Assembly (NCBI GenBank): GCA_951406725.2
Contig: OX597824.1
Span: forward strand, 54,374,001-54,438,000
DNA: 64,000 nucleotides
From: Octopus vulgaris
Taxonomy: Eukaryota
Reading direction: 5' to 3'
In this document: one piece after another, positions 52,442 to 64,000 of the stretch
How the letters are laid out: each line of letters begins with the position of its first letter
How positions within the stretch are numbered: the stretch's first letter is position 1
The notes under the pieces: model-generated
The model's database searches: none
What the model was told of the DNA's origin: nothing
Seen by the model: only the letters and a program-made list of their open reading frames with translations
Position numbers and translations under genes: made by a program

Positions 52442-52762
52442 TCATTTAACGTCCGTGTTCCATGCTAGCATGGGTGGGATGGTACCACAAAAGCCAGCTA
52501 GGCCGAAGCCTACACCAGACTTCTGCGACTGTTTTTGCAGGTTTTTTAAAGTCGGATGCCCTTCCTAATACCAACTGCTCAGCAGAGTGGACTTAGTGAT
52601 TTTTAGGTGGCACAAGCACAGGTGATGTGAGTAGTGCCTCACCTGTGCTTGTGCCACATAAAAAGCACTAAGTCCGCTCTGCTGAGTGGTTGGTGTTAGG
52701 AAGGGTATCTAGCTGTAAAAATCTTGCCAAAACAGTCGCAGAAGTTTGAAGCAGGCTTCAGC
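52438..52762. mobile_element. Foldback of two inverted RTE 3' UTR fragments
   Basis: GGCACAAGCACAGGTGA ... TCACCTGTGCTTGTGCC, with arms extending ~130 bp. Confidence 0.8.
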
Positions 52763-52965
52763 ATCTCATCATGTTGGAACATTGAACCTTGCACATTTTT
52801 TTCTCTGTGCATTTCTTTTCATTGTCTCTCTGTTTTGTTTTTTGTTTTCTTCTTAATCCTTTCTGTCGAAGAGCATAGGCTCAAAATGTAAAAGTCTTTT
52901 CTATTCTTCCTGAGCATTAAACTAATACACCTGCTTGTTGTTCCTACACTGGTCTTCATTTCTGT
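52760..52965 (+). mobile_element. Short PLE-type repeat with decayed hammerhead-like motif (52859-52894)
   Basis: CTTT-CTGTCGA-A-GAGC-atag-GCTC-AAAA-TGT-A-AAAG; homolog at 3437-3630. Confidence 0.5.
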
Positions 52966-52969
52966 AAGC

Positions 52970-53678
52970 CAGGTGAATTTGTTAGTTTTTTCTCTTTACC
53001 TGTGTAAATTAAGAGTATTGCTGTCTGGGAGATATCTTATGGTAGAGGAATAGTATTTAACTGCTAATTCTAAATTTCAGTATGTGGTGAAGCAATTTGC
53101 TGAACCCTAATTATATTTATGCTTATAATTATAGAATTTTTGTATAAGGCTACTGATAAAAGTTCTTTTAACATACCAAACTACTTGGTAAAATTATTAA
53201 TTATAAATTAATTAGTTAATTTTACCCTTTATTATTATTGAAATATAATTCACTCCCTGATAGTAAACTGCAGTTTCTGCGGGATTACTCGTAACACACT
53301 CGGGTGATTGGGGAAGAATGCGAGTTTTCATTCATCTGTATAAATTTGGGAATGGCTGGTTTTGGGATATTAGCTATTCGATGTCGCTTGGTCGAATACA
53401 TATTTAAATATTAGTACTCTCAAATTTACAATTGAAATACTACACTGAAGACGGAAATAAGTAAGTAAAAATCTTTAATCCAGAAATGCATATGTGGTTG
53501 ATCAAAGTCAAGTGGATTCGTTATTTTTTTCTCTTTACCTGTGTAAATTAAGAGTATTGCTGTCTGGGAGATATCTTATGGTAGAGGAATAGTATTTAAC
53601 TACTATTTCTAAATTTCAGTATGTGGTGCAGCAGTTTTCTGAACCCTAATTATAATTATGCTTATAATTATAGAATTT
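52970..53678 (+). mobile_element. Retrozyme/PLE-type element: ~539-bp unit x1.3
   Basis: 52973-53139 repeats at 53512-53678; contains a hammerhead; ends at (CA)/(TA)n. Confidence 0.78.
53439..53498 (+). ncRNA. Minimal type I hammerhead ribozyme
   Basis: ACUACA-CUGAAGA-C-GGA..UCC-A-GAAA-UGCA-U-A-UGUGGU; palindromic stem III AUGCAU. Confidence 0.75.
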
Positions 53679-53719
<41 letters not shown>

Positions 53720-53834
53720 CATAAAGTATAAAATTATTGTTATAAAATAATATTAATAATAATAATGATAATAATAATAATAATATCAGTAGTATGCATT
53801 AAAACCATAGAGGTAAAAATTTATATAAATATAT

Positions 53835-55995
53835 ATATATATATATAAATCCAAAAGATGGAACAAGAATGCAACAAACGACAATAAAACATCTGGACAG
53901 ATAACTGATACAAAGATGGATAGAAAAAACAATAAAAAAGATGAATAGGATAAAACAAGGATGGGTCAATCACAGCCTTCTCTAGTCAGTCAAGTTGTCA
54001 AATTATCCTACAGTTTCATCTGGTTACACTTGAGACTGTTCAAAAATCTAAGCTAAGAGCACTAGATTTTTTGGGAGAAAGCAAGCAAATGTGTACGACA
54101 ACAAAGACAAAAAAATGGAGAAAATGTTACAGTCACAAATACAAATCGCAAGATAAATAACGACAGGTGTCTTTCAACTAATAAAGACGAATCAAATTGA
54201 GCTGGTGTGTGTAGAGTGAAAGCCTTGAGGTAGGAACACTGAGATTAACATAATAGATGAAAGTCATGAGACAGGAATATAAGAGATGCTTAGTGGCCGG
54301 CAGTTGAGCCTGGAAAGAAAGATCATACCTGGCCAAATACCGGTCATGTGGAAGGAGAAGAGAGGGGTAGGGGGCAGAGTGATTGAAGAATTAGGAAAGA
54401 ATGAGAAAGAGAGGAAATCAAAGGGACATAGAGAAAGGTACAAGGGAGATAAGTGAGGATGGAAAGTAGGGGTTAAAGAAAGAGGAAACCAAGAAATGTG
54501 AGAGAGGGGGAACAAGAAAAAGAAAAGGGAAAAGAAAGAAGGTATGAGGAGGACTAAAGAAAGAGTAAAAGAGTCATACAGAATTTAGATACATACTTAT
54601 AAGGTGAGCAAAAATGTATGTACGCCACTCTATGTATATATAAATTTTTTAAAATGGAACAAAGACACAACAAACAACAATAAAACATCCAGACAGATAA
54701 ATGATACAAAGACGGACAGGAAAAAAACAAGGATGGGTCATTCGCAGCCTTCTCTCGTCAATTAAGTTGCCAAATTAACCTTACAGTTTTGGTCAGTTAC
54801 ACTTGAGACTGTTCAAATCTGGCAGGCCCCAAAAATCTAAGCTAAGAGCATTGGAGCCAACCAGATTTGAACAGTCTCAAATGTAATTGACCAAAACTGT
54901 AAGGGTAATTTTGCAATTTGATGGATGCTTGCTTTCTCCCAAAACATTTAATGCTCTTAGCTTAGATTTTTGGGGTCAGCCAGATTTAAACAATTTCAAG
55001 TGTAACCAGCCAAAGCTGTAAGAATAATCTAGAAACTTGACTGATGAGACAAGGCTACGAATAGCCCATCCTTGTTTTGTCCTGTCCGTCTTCATATCGT
55101 CTGTCTGGATATTTTATTGTCATTGTTGCATTCTTGTTCCATTTTTTGAACTTATATATATATAGTAGCATACATACACTTTTGTTCACCTTGTAAGTAA
55201 GAATATATCTAAATTCTGTACGACTATTTTACTCTTTCTTTTAGTCTCCCCTCATACCTTCTTTCTTCCTACTTTCTTTACTCCTTTCCTTTTCTCGCTC
55301 CCCATCTCTCACATTTCTTGGCCTTCTCTTTCTTTAATCTACCTATTTTTCATTGTTTATCTCCCTTGTACCTTCTCAATGTCTCAATGATTTTTATTCT
55401 CTTTCTCATCCTCCCCTTAATTTTTCAATCCCTTCGTCCCCTACTTCTCTCCTTTCCTTCCACATGACCGGTGTTCAGTCAAGCATGATCTTCTTTCTTG
55501 GCTTAACTGCCAGCTATAAAGCACCTCTTATTCCTGTCTCCTGACTTTCATCTCTGATGTTCACCTATGTTCCTGCCTCAAAGCTTTCACTCCACACACA
55601 CCAGCTCAACTCTCTATTAGTCAAAAGACACTTGCTGTTATTTTCTTGTTGTTTGTATTTGTAATTGAGTTATATTTTCTCTGTATTTTTGTTTTTTGTT
55701 TTGTTTTTTTGTCTTTGTTGCATACATTCACTTGGTTTCTCCAAAAATATTTAATGCTCTTAGCTCAAATTTTTGGGGCCAGCCAGATTTGAACAGTCTC
55801 AAGAATAACTGGCCGAAATTGTAAGGATAATCTGGAAACTTGACTGAGGAGAGAAGGCCACGAATGGCCCATCCTTGTTTTGTCCTGTCCACTTTTTGTT
55901 GTTTTTCTTGTCTGTCTTCATATCATCTATCTGTCCAGATATTTTATTGTCGTTTGTTGCATTCTTGTTCCATTTTTTGAACTTATTTATATATT
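53835..55995. mobile_element. Older subfamily of the ~0.8-kb permuted-hammerhead element, tandem units in head-to-head inversion
   Basis: 53835-54850 on minus (1.25 units) and 54855-55995 on plus (~1.3 units, period ~803 bp). Homologous to 1088-2240. Confidence 0.75.
55793..55860 (+). ncRNA. Permuted hammerhead candidate (intact-core copy of the older subfamily)
   Basis: ACAGU-C-UCAAG..UGGCC-GAAA-UUGU..CUUGA-CUGAGGA..GGCCA. Confidence 0.6.
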
Positions 55996-56116
55996 TATAT
56001 ATATATGTATCTCATACATTGGCATTACATATTTATATACACCAATGGATATGCATACATATACATATGTGTGTGTGAAACTGATAAACTAAATACTATT
56101 TACAATAAAAATTCAC

Positions 56117-56307
56117 CATTTTGAGTAAAATGCCAACATCTTTCAGAGCAAGATCCTTGACAGCTGTTTGCAGGCTTAACTGCTTCTGACTGTCACTTAC
56201 TCCCATTCTGTTGTTTTTCTCTTCTTCCCCCACAAGCATGACCAACAGGATGTTAGTACCAAAGTTGTAGATGCATGTATATTTGCTTCTAGTATTGTGA
56301 ATCTTAC
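56117..56307 (-). other. Possible host-gene exon (unverified)
   Basis: 191-nt stop-free segment bounded by AG and GTGAAT in apparently unique sequence; no homology recognised. Confidence 0.2.
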
Positions 56308-56627
56308 CTATTTCAGGGTTAGAGAGTTTGTGTTATTTTGTGGTGGGTTTTTTTGTATGTATGTTTTGTATGTGTTTCTTGTATGTGTGTTTTCCTTGTT
56401 ATATTTACTAAATTGTTATTGTTGAGTATTTTATATCAGCAACATTAGATGATGTAGAGTAAGATAATTTAACAGTGTGTTTATTAAAAATACAGTGAGT
56501 GATATTTGTAGTTTGGAGGAAAGTTCTACCTTGAGTATAATTACATAGTGTGTGAAACCCTATCACATTCCACTTTCTTATTTTAATATTTCTATGTTCC
56601 TTGTGCATGATAGTTATTTTCAGAAAA

Positions 56628-59600
56628 TCATCATCATCATCATCATTGTTTAACGTCCACTTTCCATGCTAGCATGGGTTAGATGATTTTGACTGAGGGC
56701 TGGCGAACCAGATGGCTGCACCAAGCTCCAATCTTGATTTGGCAGAGTTTCTACAGCTGGATGCCCTTCCTAACGCCAACCACTCCAAGAGTGTAGTAGG
56801 TGCTTTTTACGTGCCACCGGCATGGAGGTCAGTCAGGCGGTACTGGCAACAACCTCACTCAAATCTTTTTACACATGCCACCAGCACAGGTACCAGTAAG
56901 GCGATGTTGGTAACGATCACACTCGAATGGTGCCCTTTTACGTGCCACTGGCATAAAAGCCAGTTGGCTGCTCTGGCAACGATCACGCTCGGATGGTGCT
57001 CTTGGCACCTTACTAGCACGGGCACTAGTGCCAGTAAGGTGATGCTGGTAATGATCAACTCGAATGGGGCGTTTTTTGTGCCACTGGCACGGAAGTTGGT
57101 TAGCCGCTCTATCAACGATCACACTCGTATGGTGCTCTTTGCGCCCCACTAGTACGGATGCCAGTTATCGAATGTGATTTGGATTTCAGTCGCCTCAATA
57201 GGTCTTCACAAGCAGAGTTTAGTGTCCAAGGAAGGAAAAGGTACACATAAGTGGGCTGGTAATGCTCCTGGCAAGGGCCACAGGTTATGGTCTCATTTGG
57301 CTTGCCGGGTCTTTGCAAGCACAGCATATTTCCAAAAGTCTCGGTTGTAGTCATTTTCTCAGTGAAGCAAAATGTTCGAAGGTCGTGCTTCACCACTTCA
57401 TCCCAGGTCTTCCTGGGTCTACCTCTTCCACAGGTTCCCTCAATCACCATTCTCCATTCTCACCACATGACCATACCAGCGCAGTTGTCTCTCTTGCACA
57501 CCACATCTGACATTTCTCTCAAGTTACCTACACTCTGTCGAGTATGCACACTGACATTACACATCCATCGGATCATACTGGCTTCATTCCTTGCGAAATT
57601 ACGCATGTCCTCAGCAGTCACAGCCCATGTTTCACTGCCATGTAGCATTGCTGTTCGTACACAGGCGTCATACGGTCTACCTTTTACTCTGAGCAAGAGG
57701 CCCTTTGTCGTCAGCAGAGGTAAGAGCTCTCTGAACTTTGCCCAAGCTATTCTTGTTCTAGCAGCTACACTTTCAGTGCACCTACCTCCGTAACTGGCTT
57801 GGTCCCCTAGGTAACAGAAGCTATCAACTACTTCTAGTTTATCTCCCTGGAAGGAGGTGGAAGTTGGTCTCTGCGCATTTTCAGTGTTTATTGCTCCCAA
57901 GCATGTGCCACATACAAAAACTTTCTTCCCAGTTAGCCTCCCTTTGATATTACTGCACCTCTTATGTGTCCATAGCTTACACTGGGTACATCTTATAGAG
58001 TTTCTACCTATGCCTCGACTACAGATTGAGTAGGGCCATCTACCTGAAGGGATTTGTGGTTTGCCTGCCTTCCTACTTATTAGAACTTTGGTTTTAGTTA
58101 GGTTGATTCTAAAGCCCTTCGATTCTAATCCTTGTCTCCACACTTGAAACTTCTCCTCTAGTTCTGATAGTGACTCAGCAATTAGAGCAAGGTCATCAGC
58201 ATATAGGAGCTCCCAGGGGCATCCTGTCTTGAATTCCTCCATTACTGCCTGGAGGACTATGATAAATAGGAGGGGGCTGAGGACTGAACCTTGGTGGACC
58301 CCTACGTCTACCCTGAATTCTTCAGTTTACTCGTTGCCAACCCTCACCTTACTTACAGCATCCCTGTACATGGCTTGCACAGCTCTCACTAACCATTCAT
58401 TTATCCCTAGTTTCCTCATTGAGCACCAGATAAGGGATCGGGGGACCCCGTCAAAGGCTTTCTCCATCTCAATGAAAGCCAGGTACAGGGGCCTATCTTT
58501 GGCTAGGTATTTCTCCTGCAGCTGTCTTACCAGAAATATAGCATCAGTGGTGCTTTTCCCTGGCACGAAACCAAACTGCATCTCATCCAAGCTGACTCTC
58601 TCCCTAATCAGTTGGGCTATGACCCTCTCTGTAACCTTCATTACCTGATCCAACAGCTTGATACCTCTGAATTATTTGTATCTAAAGTGTCACCTTTACC
58701 TAGCAGTTGACTATTATGCTGCTACACCAGTCATTGGGTATGACTCCTTCGTGTATCACCTGATTAACTATACAGGTGACTAGGCTATAGCCGACACTGC
58801 CAGATATTTTGAGCATCTCTGCAGTAATTCCTGATGGGCCTGGGGCTTTCCCTGTCTTCATACTTCTAATTGCCTTAACTACTAAGGTACTGTCAATTTG
58901 GATAGCTGGTCCCTCTCTTGGGTCGACATCCATCAGACTCGCTTTCTCTCATTCATTTTCTTTATTCAGCAACCTTTCATAATGACATCTCCAAACCTCT
59001 CTCTTTGCATCCTCATTCAGCGCAAGTGAACTATCATCCATGTGAACACATTTCTCTCCTACAACATCCCGATTTTCTCTCACACACTGTCTTGCAACAC
59101 GAAATACCTCATGCCGCAGAACATTGGCAAATTTTTTCTCATCTGCTTCTCCTCTGGCTAAATAAACCTGCCTCCTAGCTTCCCTTCTGGCAGTCTGATA
59201 CACTTCCCTGCTACCACCATTCTTCCAGTCCTTCCAAGCCTGTTTCTTTAGTCTGATAGCCCTGTCAACAACATTGTCCCACCACCACGTTATTTTGGGT
59301 CTTAAGGGGACTTTGCACCATCCACAGATTTGGTCGGTGGCCCTTAGCAGGTTGTCCCATAGGAACCTCCAGTTGTCTTCTATACCATGTGAAGCTATAT
59401 CCCCTTCTATTTCGTCAAAGGCTTTGAGTAATATGTCTCTAAATCTCTGTCCATTTGCAGGATCTTTAAGTCTCCAGACCCTTCTCCTTGCTGGTCGTCT
59501 TCTGGGCATCTATTTAGCCCTGATTCTGAAGTCACTAACTACTAGTCTATGTTGTGGGGTACATTCTTCTCCTGGGAAGGTTTTGGCATTTATAAGCAGC

Positions 59601-59783
59601 CATCTTTCCCTTTTTCTTGTGAGGATATAGTCGATCTGACTAGTGTGTCTGCCAGAGCAGTAGGTGACTAGGTGGCTGGCTGGTTTTCTGAAGTTAGTAT
59701 GGCAGACCATAAGATCATTTGCGTTGCAGAACTCCACTAGCCTGGTTTCCTCCTCATTGCGAGAGCCAAAACCGTAGCCTCCA
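56628..59783 (-). mobile_element. RTE LINE, APE C-terminus through 3' tail, decayed
   Basis: QIDYIL, QHRLVV, TWWW, KAPGPSG, STTDAIF, LLYADD, PHD-like finger, (ATG)n tail. Confidence 0.95.
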
Positions 59784-60314
59784 TCTATCTATTTGAGGGA
59801 GCACAAGTTGTTGGTTGGCACCAGTACAGGAGGTATGGACCTATATGGTTAGGTGGAAGAAAGGAACAGTATAATGTAAGCAGCAAGGTTATTTTGAAAA
59901 GCACAGATGAACAAAGGTAAGGGTAGATGATGGAATACAATAAAGATTAGGTGACAGATAGTATTAGAAGTGACCCTGGGAGGAAGGAAAAATGTGATGG
60001 CTGATAATAGAAAAGTGCAAAGAGGATGTAAAGAGATGCACTTGAGAGAAAGAATTATAGACATATAGGGGCAGTCCAATGCAATCATCTATACATTGGC
60101 CTACTGAAGGGATGACAGTGGACCAATCCAGTCACCATAACATAGGCTGAGTGAAGATTTACAGAGTCGGAGGGAAAATGTGGGCCAATACAGTCTCTTA
60201 TACATAGGTTTAGTGGAGAAGAATAGGATGAGGAGGGGGGTCAAAATATACAAAAGATATAAGGTAAAGGGAGAAGCAAAATATGTGATGCATGCTTTGT
60301 TGAGTAGAAAGCAT

Positions 60315-61385
<1,071 letters not shown>

Positions 61386-61400
61386 TTATTATATAGAAGG

Positions 61401-61451
61401 AGCTTCTACAGGACTAGTACTGTTTCATTCAAGAGAAATCTTCAGGAAGCT
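61401..61451 (-). ncRNA. Type I hammerhead ribozyme
   Basis: Minus strand AGCUUC-CUGAAGA-U-UUC-ucuu-GAA-U-GAAA-CAG-uacuaguc-CUG-U-A-GAAGCU; perfect 6-bp stem I. Confidence 0.82.
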
Positions 61452-61765
61452 ATTTAACAAGAATTGTATTAGCATTTATACATTTAGGCAGGTTTAAAGG
61501 AGTGGTGGTGGGGGACTTTTTGGGGGTAGGCATAGCGCAAAATATCATACTTGGGGGAGTGGTCAAGGAGTCAGTGGTAAGTTAGATGAAAGAATAGATA
61601 AATAAAAAAATAAAAAAATAAAAAATAAAAAAATAAAATAAAAAAATAAAAAAATAAAAAATATAAAAAATATATATAAAAAAATATATATATAAAATAT
61701 ATATATAAAAAAATATATATATAAAAAGGGGGGATAGAGTTATAGGTAAATAAGGAGATTCTCAC

Positions 61766-61825
61766 TTATACCTATACACACATGTATACGTATCTACACA
61801 CACATACATACATACACATATATAT

Positions 61826-61877
<52 letters not shown>

Positions 61878-62760
61878 GTACACACATACATACATATCTA
61901 CATACACACATACATACACCCGCCCACATATACAAATTTATACACATGCACATGCCTATACCTGTCTACTCATACACACACGTATATATGCATACACTCA
62001 CTCCCATGCATGCACGCATACACACATGTATATATATATATATATATATACACACGACCACACATACATATATACACATAAAAATATATATTCATACGCA
62101 CATACACTCATGCACACACAACACACCTAGTTCCCTATATACACATATTTACACCTATATATACATACACCCACATACACCTATGTACACATATATATAT
62201 ATAAACATATACACGCATACATATATATACATGTGTGCACATACATACATACACACATATATACATACACATACACATACACATGTGTACCTATACATAC
62301 CTACACATACACACATACATACATACAAATAAATACAAATATACATATACATATATATATATACAATCCAATACAGGCCCATTCCCTAATTTTAATTTTA
62401 TTATCTTCATTTATTACTTTTGTTATCTTTGATCGCTAGGGCTAAGAGTCCTGGCAATGGCTGCATGTCCATTTGTCTGTCTACTAGAAGGCAAGTACTC
62501 ATTCCCGCACGCACACTCATTAGCACGTACATTCACCCATTCGTACACTCATACACATACACGTACGCACGCGTTATATTCATACATACAAACATCTACA
62601 TACGTTCACGTATATACACATACGTACTCGTACCTACAGATTCGTGTCTACACTTTAGGAGGCTAGTCTATACATATACACCAATAAATATACATATATA
62701 TATATATACCCGCATATACATACACACACACACATATATACTCCTACATACAGATACATA

Positions 62761-62812
<52 letters not shown>

Positions 62813-63300
62813 CATACACATACACACATACATATACACACACATACATACACATATATATACATACACAAACATATATACACACATATATATATACATA
62901 CACACATACACACATACATACGTATACATACATACATACATCCATACATCCATACTTACATGCATTTATACGCATACACACACCCATCTATATATATGTA
63001 TATATATATATATATATATACACACTCACACATACATATACAAATCTACGCACACACATACATACATACACGTATACGCATACACGCACATACACATATA
63101 CATGCGTACCCATACACGTGCACACACGCACGCGCATCCATATATATACACACACACATATATATACACGTGTGCAAGCATACATACATACTCATACGCG
63201 CACACATACTTACAAATACATATATGCACACACTTACACACATATATATACATACACATATACATGCATACATACATATATGCATACATACACACACGCA

Positions 63301-63340
<40 letters not shown>

Positions 63341-63650
63341 TATATACATATATAGATATATATACACATACATACACATACACATACATACACACATATA
63401 CACATATATATATATATATATATATGCACATATACACATACATATATACACATATACATACATATTTATACATACACACACACATACATATATACATATA
63501 CACTGATACACATACCCATACATACACATGCATATACTTATATCACTACATACTCACATATATAAACATATATACATATACACACATACATATATACATG
63601 TACATACACATACGTATGCATATATATATATATACATATATATACACATG

Positions 63651-63688
<38 letters not shown>

Positions 63689-64000
63689 TACATATACACA
63701 TATACATGTATACATACGCAAAAATGATACACATATATACACATACACACACACAGACAGATGCATATACATACATATATATATATAAACTACATATCTA
63801 TATAAATACATACATAATACACATATACACACACATATATATACATTCATGCATATACATATACAAGTATACATACACATACATACACACACACGCGCAC
63901 ACATACATATACACACACACATATACAAATACATACATACACACATACACACACACATATATATATATATATATACATACATGTACACATATACATATGT
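61766..64000. repeat. Degenerate (TA/CA)n low-complexity region
   Basis: Direct reading; a short unique island lies at ~62365-62670. Confidence 0.92.

Overview
AT-rich eukaryotic non-coding DNA (intronic or intergenic), almost entirely microsatellites and decayed transposable elements. The SINE and RTE-LINE repertoire looks like an octopus/coleoid cephalopod genome; this is an inference from recognising the repeats, not a search result. No intact host gene is supported, only one weak candidate exon. Recognisable elements: several RTE LINE copies, a near full-length BovB-like RTE, a CR1/L2-type LINE, R4-like and NeSL-like endonuclease remnants, two Gypsy remnants, hAT, Merlin and mariner transposase relics, Merlin-type MITEs, Helitron-like elements and tRNA-SINEs. 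The main signal is a set of at least 6-8 unrelated non-coding Penelope-like/retrozyme-type repeats. Most sit next to (TA)n tracts, several are in tandem-plus-inverted arrangements, and each carries a hammerhead ribozyme motif. These include a U3-A8 core variant and a ~0.8 kb family whose hammerhead strands occur in a non-circularly permuted (pseudoknotted) order, with covarying stems across 7 copies in the window.
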